The notes below the pieces were generated by a model that searched no databases, was not told where the DNA came from, and worked only from the letters and a program-made list of their open reading frames with translations. This document shows positions 9,657-21,700 of a DNA stretch of 64,000 nucleotides, piece by piece. The translations under genes and the position numbers were made by a program. Within the stretch, counting starts at the first letter, position 1, and each line of letters starts with the position of its first letter. The stretch is taken from NCBI GenBank assembly GCA_039096225.1, contig JBBPEB010000013.1, positions 868,001-932,000 of the forward strand, written 5' to 3'. Origin of the DNA: Blastocystis sp. Blastoise. Taxonomy: Eukaryota; Protista; Bigyra: Opalinata.

Positions 9657-11453
9657 TTAATAAAATTTAAATTGAATTCCATGAAAATGCTTTTTAGGGA
9701 CTTTGACTTTAAAGAATGCATTACTTTTATGTTTTTTCAATAAACCATGACCACGATGAATAGGTTCTAAAGGAGGCATAGTAGAAAGACTACGTAATGC
9801 ATAAGTATCTGAATTATTCATAACTATAGGTGTAGAGTTTTCATCTTGGGTATTCTGTTGCATAAGAGATGCTTGAGTATTCGTTAATTCTGAATCTGTT
9901 GTATTATTATGTAAATGATCAGGTAATAATTGTTTATTACGTATAAAACGATTATAACGATCTCTAGAATTCTCTGGAACTTCTTCAGGTTCTAATGAAC
10001 ATCCTACAGGTAATTCATTTTCTAAATCTGTTTTATCTGGATAATGATGCTTTAATAGATCTTTATAATATCTTAATGTAATCATTATAGTATCATTATC
10101 TGATGAATATTGTTCTAATGTAGATAATATCGATTCTGATTTCATATTGAAATTCTCTTTACCAAATACATCTTCATAATCTTCATCATATTGTTCTATA
10201 CGATCATTAAATCGTTTACATAAAAATAATAATTTATTCAATTGATTAATTTCTCTTGTATAAGTAATATTATTCATATCAATATGAAATGTTCTTGTTT
10301 TATTATCTAAATCTTGCAATTTAGTTGAATGAGAAGATAAATAAGGAGATATATAATTTTCCATATGTGTTGATTGACTATGTAACATCTTCATAATAGA
10401 GTTTTCAAAGAGTTCTACACCTTTAGATTCATGTTCTGAATCATCATGTTGGAATTGTGCTTCTCTTGATAATCTATAATAATATTGAGCAAATAAATGT
10501 CTTATAATATCACAACCATTAATTAAAGAATTATTCTGTTGTGTTTTATAAATCCATCCTAAATGAGGTTTTATATATTCATCACCAAATTTCAAATCAC
10601 GTACTTTACCACCATTCTCAGTAACAAATAAATAATGTCTTGGAAATAAACGTAAGGATCTAGCTAAGACATTTAGATATTCTTCTGATAAATACTGATA
10701 AGTAGGATATTCATTCTTACCAATTTCAAATCGATTCTTTGTATCATTCACATGAATAGTCAAAGTATTTAAATCAATATAATTGGTTGTTCTTCTTAAC
10801 GATAAAGGAATTTGTTGACCACGAGTATAGATTACACAATCATTATAATCATTACGAGCACATAATGTATCATAAGTTAAAACTAATAAATAACTATTCA
10901 CATAATATAAATCATTAGGATTTTCTAAATAATTCTTTTTGGTGATATTAATGATTTCTCCCCAATCAGCTTCACAATTAATAATTTTCTGAGTGATTTC
11001 ATAATGTCTTGAATAAGTAGCATCTATTTGTAAAGAACCCCATAAATGTTCCCATTTCTTTATATTTTGTGGAGTAAATGCTTTATAATTAATGATATCT
11101 TCATCATCTGTACAAATAGATATATTCTTCATTATATAAGTAATCATTTGCATATAATTAGCTACAGTAGTATTGGATAATCCACCTTGTTGTCCAGGAG
11201 CTTCTGTTTGTGTATGTTGCATAACATTTTGAAATTGAAATGGATCTGTTAACACTTCTACACAAAAGAATGGTTCTTCCATATCATCTATTTGAATTCG
11301 TTCTTCATTACGAAATTTCTTACATATTGTCTTTATCCATTTCTTCCAATTTATACTTGTTGATAATTGTATTTTCTTCCAATGTAATAATTGATCTATA
11401 CAATTTGTAAAGAATTCTTCACAATCTTTATCTGAATAACCTGTTGATTGCAT
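9657..11453 (-). CDS. Tyrosine recombinase 2, 598 aa
   Basis: LCARNDY (R), DTKN (K), DIIRHLFA (R), MLHSQSTHMENY (H...Y), same motif order as recombinase 1. Confidence 0.75.
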   Translation of the reverse strand: MQSTGYSDKDCEEFFTNCIDQLLHWKKIQLSTSINWKKWIKTICKKFRNEERIQIDDMEEPFFCVEVLTDPFQFQNVMQHTQTEAPGQQGGLSNTTVANYMQMITYIMKNISICTDDEDIINYKAFTPQNIKKWEHLWGSLQIDATYSRHYEITQKIINCEADWGEIINITKKNYLENPNDLYYVNSYLLVLTYDTLCARNDYNDCVIYTRGQQIPLSLRRTTNYIDLNTLTIHVNDTKNRFEIGKNEYPTYQYLSEEYLNVLARSLRLFPRHYLFVTENGGKVRDLKFGDEYIKPHLGWIYKTQQNNSLINGCDIIRHLFAQYYYRLSREAQFQHDDSEHESKGVELFENSIMKMLHSQSTHMENYISPYLSSHSTKLQDLDNKTRTFHIDMNNITYTREINQLNKLLFLCKRFNDRIEQYDEDYEDVFGKENFNMKSESILSTLEQYSSDNDTIMITLRYYKDLLKHHYPDKTDLENELPVGCSLEPEEVPENSRDRYNRFIRNKQLLPDHLHNNTTDSELTNTQASLMQQNTQDENSTPIVMNNSDTYALRSLSTMPPLEPIHRGHGLLKKHKSNAFFKVKVPKKHFHGIQFKFY

Positions 11454-11520
11454 TATTAAAAATTAAATTATTTATAAACAAAACAAATTTATTATTAATA
11501 TTTTATAACATTTCATAGAA

Positions 11521-11943
11521 TTATAAATGAAGAGATTGAACAATAGAATCAACACTTATATTTAATTTCATTAATTGAACAGCTAATTCTTGTATTGATT
11601 CATTTTGATTAGAATCAATTTCTTCTAATTCATTCAAGACTTCTGATATATGTTTGACTTCTTCTTCAATAATAGTTTGTTGTATTTTCATTGTCTTATA
11701 ATAGACTTTCTTTGTTTGTGGATTACAACAATTACAATGAATATCTATATTTTTAACAATTAATTGAAAGAATTCAGTTGATTTCTCAAATAAACATTTT
11801 ATAGCTTTTATAATAAATTCTAATAAAGTATTTTTCTTTTCTATTTCTTCTTCTGATAATGTGGTTGTTGTTGAACTATCTGAACTTGTTGAACTTGTAC
11901 TTGATAAAGAATGTAAGGATTCAGATACAGATTTAGGCTCCAT
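11521..11943 (-). CDS. Hypothetical viral protein, 140 aa (S/T-rich N-terminus, coiled coil)
   Basis: ATG ORF filling the intergenic gap; TGTTTTGTT motif downstream. Confidence 0.6.
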   Translation of the reverse strand: MEPKSVSESLHSLSSTSSTSSDSSTTTTLSEEEIEKKNTLLEFIIKAIKCLFEKSTEFFQLIVKNIDIHCNCCNPQTKKVYYKTMKIQQTIIEEEVKHISEVLNELEEIDSNQNESIQELAVQLMKLNISVDSIVQSLHL

Positions 11944-12012
11944 TTTTTAATAATTTTTAAATGAATAATATAACAAAACATTTTTTAATTTAAATGAAAT
12001 GAATTAAAATAT

Positions 12013-14448
12013 TTATATATAAGAGATAGTTAATAAAACAACACAAGGATAATCACAAGTAATAAAGAACATATTATCATGAGGTAATAACTTTAATAAT
12101 TTACGATTACAATAGTAAACATTCTTATTGATCTTATTTGATATACCTTCATATTTAATACCATTCGAATAGTAATAAGGTAGATTTGTAGTATCAATAA
12201 CATGAATATTATTCTCATATTCATTAGTAAAGCATCTTAATGAAATAGGATATAAGTAATCAGTGGATTGACCATACACTGATATAATTTGTATATTTGT
12301 TAAATATTGATATCCATACACATTGGTTTTCTTCAATTCATAAATTAGATTCTTACTTGTACTAAAATCACAATATACTTCATCATAAGCTTTGAAACGT
12401 ATATCACTACCATTAGGTTCACATATATTACAAATGATATTTCCTTTGAATAATTCATCAAATCTTAAATCTATATGATGATCAATTGTAATTGGAGAAT
12501 TTATATTACTATAAGTAACATATTTATCAGATAAAGGAAAACTAAATGTAGGATAATAAGATCCATTTATATATCCAGTACATAATTTAGATGCATTTGT
12601 TTGGATCGTATCAGTATCATTCTGAATAATAATATCTTTCAAGATCTTATTCTGGATATTCAATGTAGGATATTCAGAATAGAATTGTGTGTCTGCTGTT
12701 AAACAATTCAAACATAATTTCTTAATGGTTTCACTAGGTTGAATCGTATCTACTGTATCTGAGAATTCTAAGAATCCTCTTAAAATACAATTATCATTGA
12801 AATTCACATATTGTTTATTTTTATCAGTATATCGTATTGTAATATCTTGTATTGTATTCAAATAAGGAGACACATTAATATTCATAATATCATGAAATTC
12901 ATTATTTCCTTTATAATTATTCACATTGAATGAATATAAAGAATTTTGACTATTATCTACTATATTCGATTGAGCTATTAACATTCCTTTTGGACGACTA
13001 CTATCAATATTATGAATACCATAATTAATAATTTCATCATGACCTAATTTATTATATCCTAGGATTTCACCTAATTCTTGAGCTTGAGAGAAATCTATAT
13101 GATAACTATCAGTATAACACTTATAATTACCATCTAAATCAAGTGTATTCAAATCAGCTATTTTGTCTGGTATTAATTGTTTACCATAAGATACATACCA
13201 AGCAAAACATCCTTGTTCATCATAAACCAGATCAGGTCGTATATTATGTAGAGCACCACGATACTTAAATAAGGAGTGCTCTATATCTGTAGCTGTAAAC
13301 GTGAATGACGTAGAATCAGTACCTTTACAAGATAAATATATTATATATCCATCCTTATTGTCCATAGTCTGAGTATCTTTGGATATACTTAAATAATCCG
13401 TATAAATTGTATTATTGATTGAACTTTCTAATAATTCATAGAATTTGTTTTCTGTGTAATTTCCAGGAGGAACAGTGAATGTAGTTTCATGAACACCATC
13501 ATAACCACTCAATTGTCGAACAATCATTGTATTATATCCATCTTCCACAAAGACTGTTCTTTTAATTCTATTTAATGTAATTTCCTCTTGAAGTGAAGTA
13601 TATGTCAATGTTTCTGAATCTTCAAATAAGCCAGTGAATAATTGTTTTTCTAAACTGAGTATATTATTACTTGACCATTGGAAATAAAATTTATGTTCAT
13701 CAGCTAATACACATTTCATAATTCCATTAGAACCTTGTGTTGGAACAATATAACTTGAATGATCACTCACACCATCAGTAAAGAATTCATTCAATTCATA
13801 GATTCCTGTTGATGTAACAGGAACATTATAAGAAGTTAATTGAGGTCGATATATGGTTATAGTATCATCATCATATCTCATCATTAAACGATTAAATTTA
13901 TCACCCCATTTAGCTGATACACAACATACAGCTATCCACCAAAACTCTATATCCGTATAAGTACCTTTTGGAAAGTAAAAACCACGTCTTTTATTATAAA
14001 TTGTAATTTCACAATACCAATCATCTCTATCAATGGTTATTGTTGGGGCTTCATTAATTTTGACAGTGGGATCAATATCAGGAGAATCTTTTATTACTGG
14101 TCTATCACATATATCAAAATGACATAGTTCTAATAATTGTGGAATTGAATAATTTTTCTGATCTAAAGTAATTGTTTGAATTTGTTCATTACCATTGACA
14201 CGAGTATTTATATATTTGAATATTTGTGTTTTTGTGAAAGTATCAAATAGAGGCACACTTTCACTACCAATTAAATTAAGATCAATATAAGAAATGATAT
14301 TTTTAGTGATATCAATAGAATTCGATAAATGTATATTGAATTGATTATCAATACAACGAGCATCAATAGGGACTACATGTGTTTTAATACGAGTATCCTT
14401 CTCTTCTAATGAAGTCTGTTCTTCATAATTATCATCATCAAGTTCCAT
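12013..14448 (-). CDS. Large minor capsid (penton-like) protein with repeated insertion domains, 811 aa
   Basis: Repeated xPxGxYT motifs (FPKGTYT, VPPGNYT), LGEILGY, IQDITIRYTDKNKQYVNFN as in PLV/polinton pentons. Confidence 0.65.
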   Translation of the reverse strand: MELDDDNYEEQTSLEEKDTRIKTHVVPIDARCIDNQFNIHLSNSIDITKNIISYIDLNLIGSESVPLFDTFTKTQIFKYINTRVNGNEQIQTITLDQKNYSIPQLLELCHFDICDRPVIKDSPDIDPTVKINEAPTITIDRDDWYCEITIYNKRRGFYFPKGTYTDIEFWWIAVCCVSAKWGDKFNRLMMRYDDDTITIYRPQLTSYNVPVTSTGIYELNEFFTDGVSDHSSYIVPTQGSNGIMKCVLADEHKFYFQWSSNNILSLEKQLFTGLFEDSETLTYTSLQEEITLNRIKRTVFVEDGYNTMIVRQLSGYDGVHETTFTVPPGNYTENKFYELLESSINNTIYTDYLSISKDTQTMDNKDGYIIYLSCKGTDSTSFTFTATDIEHSLFKYRGALHNIRPDLVYDEQGCFAWYVSYGKQLIPDKIADLNTLDLDGNYKCYTDSYHIDFSQAQELGEILGYNKLGHDEIINYGIHNIDSSRPKGMLIAQSNIVDNSQNSLYSFNVNNYKGNNEFHDIMNINVSPYLNTIQDITIRYTDKNKQYVNFNDNCILRGFLEFSDTVDTIQPSETIKKLCLNCLTADTQFYSEYPTLNIQNKILKDIIIQNDTDTIQTNASKLCTGYINGSYYPTFSFPLSDKYVTYSNINSPITIDHHIDLRFDELFKGNIICNICEPNGSDIRFKAYDEVYCDFSTSKNLIYELKKTNVYGYQYLTNIQIISVYGQSTDYLYPISLRCFTNEYENNIHVIDTTNLPYYYSNGIKYEGISNKINKNVYYCNRKLLKLLPHDNMFFITCDYPCVVLLTISYI

Positions 14449-14522
14449 ATTTTTCTAATTTATAAAATAATAATTTATATTAATTTTATTTTATTTATTA
14501 ATATTTTTTTATTTAAAAAAAA

Positions 14523-15995
14523 ATGAGAATCTTAAGAATTAAAGATAATATTCCTATTCAAAGCAATACTGATATTCTATCAAGTCCTTATATCTTTCAA
14601 TATCATTGGACTAATGTGGATAACACTTATATCAATTTCAATCAATCCTATTTGGATCTTACTGTCAAAGCAACTGTCACAGATAAAGCTGGACCAGTTT
14701 CTGTTTATTTAGATGAAACAGGTACTTCTGTTAGTTTCACCTATGATCAATTATGTCAATATTTCTTGGATCAATTAGTTCAAAAAGCAAATATTTATTC
14801 TATTATTGATTCCACTGATGTTGAAATGGTTTATACTTTACCTGATGGATCCGATCGTGCTTTGAAATATGAAGAAAACTGTACACATGCTTCACGTGGT
14901 CGTAAAATGATTTTATTAAAAGATATCAGTAAGAATGATTTAGAAAAATCTATGTATGGTGAAGATTTATCTGCAGATACTTATGAATTGAATTCTATTC
15001 GTTATATACGTGCACATCCAAATGAATCTATTCATATTGCTATTCCTTTATATCTCATTAGTGGTTTAGGTGTTGATGGAGATTCTTTAATATTAACTAA
15101 ACATTTCAATATGCTATTTAGAACGAGTACAATTGAATCCTTAATTGATAATAATATGAGTATTTATTTCAAGAATGGTGGTGCTAAATTATCAACACAA
15201 TGGTTACATCTAACTGATGAAAAATGGTTTAAGACATTTGAATTGGAATCAGCTACTATGAATTTAATGACTTATAAAGATATTCAATTCCAAACGAATG
15301 AATTATATAAAACTATACCTACATGTATTCAAGTCGATTATCAAAATACAAGAATAACTAGTGATCATTTCAATATCAATAGAGCTTTACCATTTATACC
15401 TGAATATATATTATACTGGTTTACAAATGGTTATAGTTCAACAACTATTAGTAATGTAGCTAGTCCATCTGTATGGCCTAAATATCAAAGTTGTTTGATT
15501 GGTGATGTTCAAATGTTCCCTCAAACTGAATTCCCTACTCAAATGTATTATCATAATCTTACTACTAAAGGTCATGTCTTCAATAATGAAGAAACTGCTA
15601 GTTTATCTTGTCCTAATAAAAATCTATATTGTTTATGGGCTGATAATTCAAATCCTGAAACTATTCTTAAATATGATGAATGGATTAAACATCCTATTTA
15701 TATTATTCCAACTAAAGCATTAATGAATATCCAATCAGATAGTGGTATAGAAATGAATTTTGATTGTAATCTAGATGTCCATGATATTGAATATGGTCAT
15801 GCTGATTCATCTACTGTTCCTGATGGATATACATGTACATATAATGAAACTACTAAAATATGGACACCTGACACTGGTGCTTCTTATGCCGTTGCTTCTC
15901 ATGCTGGTATTTATAAACATATTAATACTGAACTAAATGAGAAGCATCCTTATACCTTACATATGATTGCTGTACGTAGTGTACGTGATATTTAA
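14523..15995 (+). CDS. Major capsid protein paralog 1 (putative double jelly-roll), 490 aa
   Basis: YINFNQSYLDLTV N-terminal motif, beta-rich, homologous to the next ORF, located in the virion gene cluster. Confidence 0.65.
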   Translation: MRILRIKDNIPIQSNTDILSSPYIFQYHWTNVDNTYINFNQSYLDLTVKATVTDKAGPVSVYLDETGTSVSFTYDQLCQYFLDQLVQKANIYSIIDSTDVEMVYTLPDGSDRALKYEENCTHASRGRKMILLKDISKNDLEKSMYGEDLSADTYELNSIRYIRAHPNESIHIAIPLYLISGLGVDGDSLILTKHFNMLFRTSTIESLIDNNMSIYFKNGGAKLSTQWLHLTDEKWFKTFELESATMNLMTYKDIQFQTNELYKTIPTCIQVDYQNTRITSDHFNINRALPFIPEYILYWFTNGYSSTTISNVASPSVWPKYQSCLIGDVQMFPQTEFPTQMYYHNLTTKGHVFNNEETASLSCPNKNLYCLWADNSNPETILKYDEWIKHPIYIIPTKALMNIQSDSGIEMNFDCNLDVHDIEYGHADSSTVPDGYTCTYNETTKIWTPDTGASYAVASHAGIYKHINTELNEKHPYTLHMIAVRSVRDI

Positions 15996-16165
15996 ATTTA
16001 ATATTTCTTACTTACTATTCTTAACGTTAACTTGTTTAATTAATTCTATTCTATTCTATATTCCAATCATTTGTTTTGTTATGAATTTCAAATAATTTTA
16101 TAATTATAAAATATCATTATTATTTTATTTTTTATTTAAAAAATACATAAACAATAATTATTAAC

Positions 16166-17389
16166 ATGGAAGGATTCCCAAGACAATTCTTACCTTCAAA
16201 GGCAAATCAAACTATTAAACCTGTACAAATTCCTATTCTAGTTTCTACTAGTCAAGATTTATTAAATCAACCTTATCCATTTGAATTCTTATATAATTCA
16301 GTTGATAGTCCTTTTATTGATTTCAGTAATTCATTCTTAGAACTGAATTTCAATATTACAACAAATGCAGCTACAACTAGTTCTGTTGTACAACATTCTA
16401 ATATCTATAGTATTATTGATAAAATTACTACAGATCTTACGTTTGTATCTCCTACGGGTCAAGATATTCTTATTAATTATTCTGAATCTTCTATTGAATC
16501 CAGTAAAGCAAGAAAATTTGTTACTATTAAAGAATTAAGTAAAGATGAAATTGATAAATCTATGTATAGTATGACAGAATGCTTATATAATACAACCTTA
16601 AGCAGTATTTCTGGAATGCAAAGTTCTACTAAAGCTCAAGTTATTATTCCTTTATCTCTTATTACTGGTCTTGGTACATTTGATTGTGCTATTAAAGTAA
16701 AATCTTTGAAGATGCAATTCGTTACAAATTATTTAAAGAATCTATTTACAGGTACGACTAAAATCACTGCATTAACTTTTGATCGTGTTTATATTCATCT
16801 TCAACAAATTTATGATATTAATTTTGGTAATGATCCACGTGCTTTAATTAAATGTATTCCTAATAATTGTCAAATATCTGCATTTACTACACCTGTTTAT
16901 TCAGAAACATTCACAACAGCAGGTAAACCAACTCCACAACAATTCTTATCCAATAGAAGTGTTGTTTTCGTACCTGATTACTGTATGCTATATTTTACAA
17001 CTCAAGAGAAGAGTATGATCCCTATTAAGACTGAATTATTGAAGATGTGTCAATTCCAAATTGGTGGTCAAAATATCTTACCTAAGACGGATTTCCCTAC
17101 TACGTATAAAACAACGAATCCATCACAAATTATTCCTAATGCTATGCTTTATAATACTTGGAGATGTAATAGTCATCCTCAATCTCCTTTAAACGGTGAA
17201 AAGTGGTATGAACAACCTATTTATATATTCCCTATTTCAAGTGTTGTTGATGTCAATACTCGTAGTGGTTGTGAAGTTAATATCTCCTTATTAACTGAAT
17301 ATAATGGTGCAAATATTACTAGTGGTACTTATACTTTATATGCTCATTTTATATTTGTTAAATTTGTTAGAGATGGTGCAACCAATTAA
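16166..17389 (+). CDS. Major capsid protein paralog 2 (putative double jelly-roll), 407 aa
   Basis: FIDFSNSFLELNF, NIYSIID, IPLSLITGLG, PIYIFP shared with the 490-aa ORF. Confidence 0.7.
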   Translation: MEGFPRQFLPSKANQTIKPVQIPILVSTSQDLLNQPYPFEFLYNSVDSPFIDFSNSFLELNFNITTNAATTSSVVQHSNIYSIIDKITTDLTFVSPTGQDILINYSESSIESSKARKFVTIKELSKDEIDKSMYSMTECLYNTTLSSISGMQSSTKAQVIIPLSLITGLGTFDCAIKVKSLKMQFVTNYLKNLFTGTTKITALTFDRVYIHLQQIYDINFGNDPRALIKCIPNNCQISAFTTPVYSETFTTAGKPTPQQFLSNRSVVFVPDYCMLYFTTQEKSMIPIKTELLKMCQFQIGGQNILPKTDFPTTYKTTNPSQIIPNAMLYNTWRCNSHPQSPLNGEKWYEQPIYIFPISSVVDVNTRSGCEVNISLLTEYNGANITSGTYTLYAHFIFVKFVRDGATN

Positions 17390-17479
17390 TTTATTTAAAT
17401 AACTTTCTATTTTATCAATTTATTCAATTTAATAAATATTGTTTTGTTTATCAATACATAATTAATTTATTTAATAAAA

Positions 17480-18151
17480 ATGACATCAATATCTCATCTA
17501 AGTAAAATTACAAGTCAAATCTGTCATGAACAATTCAATTATACTTTGGATTTAGTAGGTAAAAATATAACTCATATCAATACATTAGTGAATACAAGTG
17601 ATATCATTAATATTCCAGAATTCAATATTAAGATTTATAATAGTGATGGTAGATATACATTTCCAGCTGGAAATTATACTTTAGAAGATTTTTTAGATCA
17701 ATTATATGAAATTGGAAAAAAATTGAAATCCTATGTTGAAGGAGAACCTTATGGTTTCAGCTATAATAAAGAAACTAAAACTTTTAAATCAAATCATTGG
17801 TTTGAATGTGGTCTTAGTTCTGGACTATTTAAATACTTAGGCATTAAATCACCATACTTTAGTCCGGGTGATACAATCGTATTTACTGATGAATATATAT
17901 CCAATAATATTTCATGGTATAAGATCTATATGTTACGTGTGTATTGTGATATTATTAATAAAGATAATGATTTAATTTCTATTCCTTTATATGCTAAACA
18001 AGGATTTGATAATACATTTGCTTTAAGTGATTTATCTATTCCATGTATTGATGGTAAATATACAGATATCCAATGGGAAGTATATGATCAATTAAATAAT
18101 CCAATTGATTTATCAAATACAAATCTTTATATATACTTTACTGCATCTTAA
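17480..18151 (+). CDS. Minor capsid (penton-like) protein, 223 aa
   Basis: FPAGNYTLEDFL, LFKYLGI, LRVYCDII, IQWEVYDQLNNPIDL. Confidence 0.7.
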   Translation: MTSISHLSKITSQICHEQFNYTLDLVGKNITHINTLVNTSDIINIPEFNIKIYNSDGRYTFPAGNYTLEDFLDQLYEIGKKLKSYVEGEPYGFSYNKETKTFKSNHWFECGLSSGLFKYLGIKSPYFSPGDTIVFTDEYISNNISWYKIYMLRVYCDIINKDNDLISIPLYAKQGFDNTFALSDLSIPCIDGKYTDIQWEVYDQLNNPIDLSNTNLYIYFTAS

Positions 18152-18220
18152 TAAAATCATTTATTTATCTTTAACTTATCATTAATTATTTTTTGTTTTG
18201 TTGATTAAAATCATATAAAA

Positions 18221-18536
18221 ATGGTGAATAAAATAAATCCATTAAAAGAAACACGTAAAGGATGTGGAGTCTTAGAATTTAAATATGGAAAATCACATCA
18301 TAAAACATATGAATCAAAATTTATATTGATTATTGCAAGAACATTCTCAGGTAAATCTTTCTTAACTGTGAATCTCTTATGTTCTATGGATCTTAAAAAT
18401 AAATATAAACAAGTCACAGTAATTTGTCCTGATGCATCCAATAAGAATGAATGTTATACATCCTTTCAAGATATTTGTGAACATGCTGGAATTGATTATA
18501 AATGGTATGATTCTGTAGATGATAAATTTAAAAAGA
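18221..18536 (+). pseudogene. A32/FtsK-like genome packaging ATPase, 5' part (interrupted by Helitron 1)
   Basis: Walker A IIARTFSGKS; joins in frame to 32116-32843 when the Helitron is removed (347 aa). Confidence 0.9.
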
Positions 18537-18574
18537 CAAGCGTTTCACGGCCTGCCTACGCAGGCCTACGCTTG
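18537..18574 (-). terminator. Helitron 3' terminal hairpin
   Basis: GGCCTGC-ctac-GCAGGCC (18549-18566) nested inside CAAGCGT...ACGCTTG (18537-18574). Confidence 0.85.
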
Positions 18575-18769
18575 AGTTTTATTTTAAAATATCTATTTTT
18601 AGTTTTTGGTTTTTAAGTTTTAACAAAACAATAGAATATTCTATATTTAACTTTTAAGACAACAAATAAAAATTGAAAAGAGAAAAATAATAAATAAAAA
18701 CAAATATATTAACAGACAATAACAAATATAAAAGAAATCAAAAAACAAATAAAACAAATAAAACAATAA

Positions 18770-21700
18770 CTAATTTAAAACTCCATCAAAAATGCAATTA
18801 GTCGTAAATACCTTATTAGGATAGTCTTTACTAAGATGTCCTTGATTATTGTTATTACAATTTTCAGCATAAATATGTAAACCATTAAAAGAACGAACTC
18901 TACTAAAAGCAACATATAATTGACCATGACTAAATACAGGTCTCTTTAAATATAATCCAACATTTTTAAATGTTTGACCTTGTGATTTATTAATAGTCAT
19001 AGCAAAAGCTAATCGAACAGGAAATTGTTTTCTTCTCATCTTAGTAGGAAGTGAATCATCTGAAGTAATTAAACTGATTCTTGGAATAAATACAATATCT
19101 TCACCAGGTAATAAATTATCTGGCTTATTTAATAATTGAGCACGAATAACATTATTTAATGTTTCAAGAACAACTAATCTTGTTCCATTACATAAACCCT
19201 TCTTTATATTAAGATTTCTCAATAACATAATAATACAGCCTTTTCTTAATCTTAATTTATGAGGAGGAAATCCTTGAGGAAGAAGAGTATTAAGAAATTC
19301 AGGAGAATAAGCAGCTCTTTCAGAATCATTAACTATTTCATCTTCTAAAGTATCAAAACTATAATATATTTTTTCTGATTCTGAAGAAGGTATTAAATCT
19401 AATACTTTCTCATTTATATCAAAAGTATCTTCATTCGTACAACATAAAATACAATTCTCAGATAAATCTTTTCTATGTTGTTCTGATAAAATATTTCTAT
19501 TATGAAGTATATTCTCCCATATCTCTTTATATAAATTTTCTGTACTTATACATTGTGAAGGTATTTCTACAATATTATCATTCAAATCAGATTCATTATT
19601 TAATCGTTCACCATTTCCTACTTTCATTAACCATTCTTTAAAATCTAAAGCATCTCTATCTGCTCTCATATTCTGAACTAAATGACATTGTATAAAATTA
19701 TTCCAATATTTAAATCTTTTCAAACATACACCAACAGTAGATGATTCATTTCCATTTTTAACTACTGGTAAACATTGTCTAAAATCTCCACCTAAAACAA
19801 TAGTTTTACCAACAAAAGGATATTGAAGACATGGATCTTCAGAATCTATTGAACTAAATAAATCATGTAATAAATTATCAAGAACTTCTAAAGCATAAAT
19901 AGAAGCCATAGGTGCTTCATCCCAAATAATAATAGCACATTTTCTTAAATCATTTGCTTTTGCACTACTTCTTGTTATATGTGAAATAGACATTTCATTT
20001 AGATCAAGTGGTAATCCAAATACAGAATGAGAAGTACTTCCTCCTGATAATAAAGTAGCTGCTATTCCTGTGAATGCAACAGCTAATACAGGTTTTTCTC
20101 TTGTACGAATCATCTTGATCAAAGTATTATATAAGAATGTTTTTCCAGTTCCACCAGGACCATCAATAAAGAACATATTATTATTATGAGGTTGAGTATT
20201 ATTAACAGATACCATAATTCTATCAAATATTTCTTTTTGTTCTCTATTTAACATTTGATAATTTCTTTCTGCTTCTCTATGTGCAACATCAAAATCATAA
20301 AATTCTAATGTAGAAACACCACTATTAGGATTAAAATGTGAAGTATATTGAATAGTAGGCATATTAGTATATTTACCTCCATTTGATTCTATTAATGTTT
20401 TGATATTATATAAAGCTCTTGGATAACAATAATTGATTACAATAGGATCTTGATCAATAATATCAGGATCAGTTGAAAGAGAATGATTAATACGTTCATT
20501 TATAGTAAAATGATCTATTGTATATTGATAATATATATCAGAAATCATTTCATATTTAAATTCATTCCATAAATCCATTGCTTTATCAGTAATATTATAA
20601 TATACAAATAATAAAGCAAATACTAATCGTAATTGAGAAGGATGACAATCATGCATTACTTCATCTAATATATGTCTATATTCATTAGTATCATCTAATA
20701 ATCCTCTTGCTATACATACTCCTTCATAAGTTGGATAAGGTAATTCTCCATCATACATTCTTAATGATTCAAAACTTGTTGGTCTATTTACATGAGTTAA
20801 TAATAATTTTAAACAAAATGCTTCTTTATTAGTTGGATTTATATAAGGTATTCTTCCAAGTGTCTTCGAATTCTTTTGTCTTGGTTTCCATATATGTTCT
20901 CCTTTACACCATGTATAATATTGAGGAAACATATCATATGTCATAAACTCTGGTTCTTCTAAAGTAGGAACATATAAATGATTATTTAAATCATCATTTG
21001 CTTTGAAATATGCTTCTAACATAGATAATTTATTTCCTTGTATTTCTTCTGCTTGTTCTTCTGAACCATCTGTATATACTATATTCTTATCATTCTCATC
21101 ATGAATCAATAATATTTGAACAGCTATATTTGATTGTACTATAGGAAATCCTAATATTCTCCAAACTGCTTCAGTTGATGATATATATCTTGCATCTAAA
21201 TATTGTTTAACTTCATTATTATTTGTTTCATTTGAAGAAGCTGATAATTCAGCTCTCATTGAATCATGACCTTTTGTTGTATATTTATATAGATATTTTA
21301 CTGTATGTAAACTATAAACTGCTTCAACATTAATATGTGCTTCTAATTTGAGTGATAAATATGGATTATATGGAACAACATATTCATTAGTAGCTTCTAA
21401 ATCACCATTAGTACGATGAAATACTACTTTTCTTCCATCATTTGGTCTAAAATATAAAGGATAAGAATCATTAGGAATTGTAGTACATTCTTGAAATGGT
21501 TTAGGAAATCCTTTCTTACATATTCCATGAGAATCTAAACATGGAGAATTAGATACATGAGGACCATGTATATTCATTGTACTTACTATTTTAAATAATC
21601 TAGGATTCTTTTCTTCATCAGGAAGATAAGCACATATAATAGAATCAAGTTCATTAGTATCATGTATTTTATCTTGTTGTTCAACATTCAATAAGATATG

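Noticed and set aside
14449-14522. Dedicated late promoter motif (TATAAA-like) before structural genes
   Set aside because: Cannot be told apart from the AT-rich background by eye
18537-18616. C-terminus of the 131-aa ORF (TSVSRPAYAG...)
   Set aside because: Read-through into the Helitron 3' end
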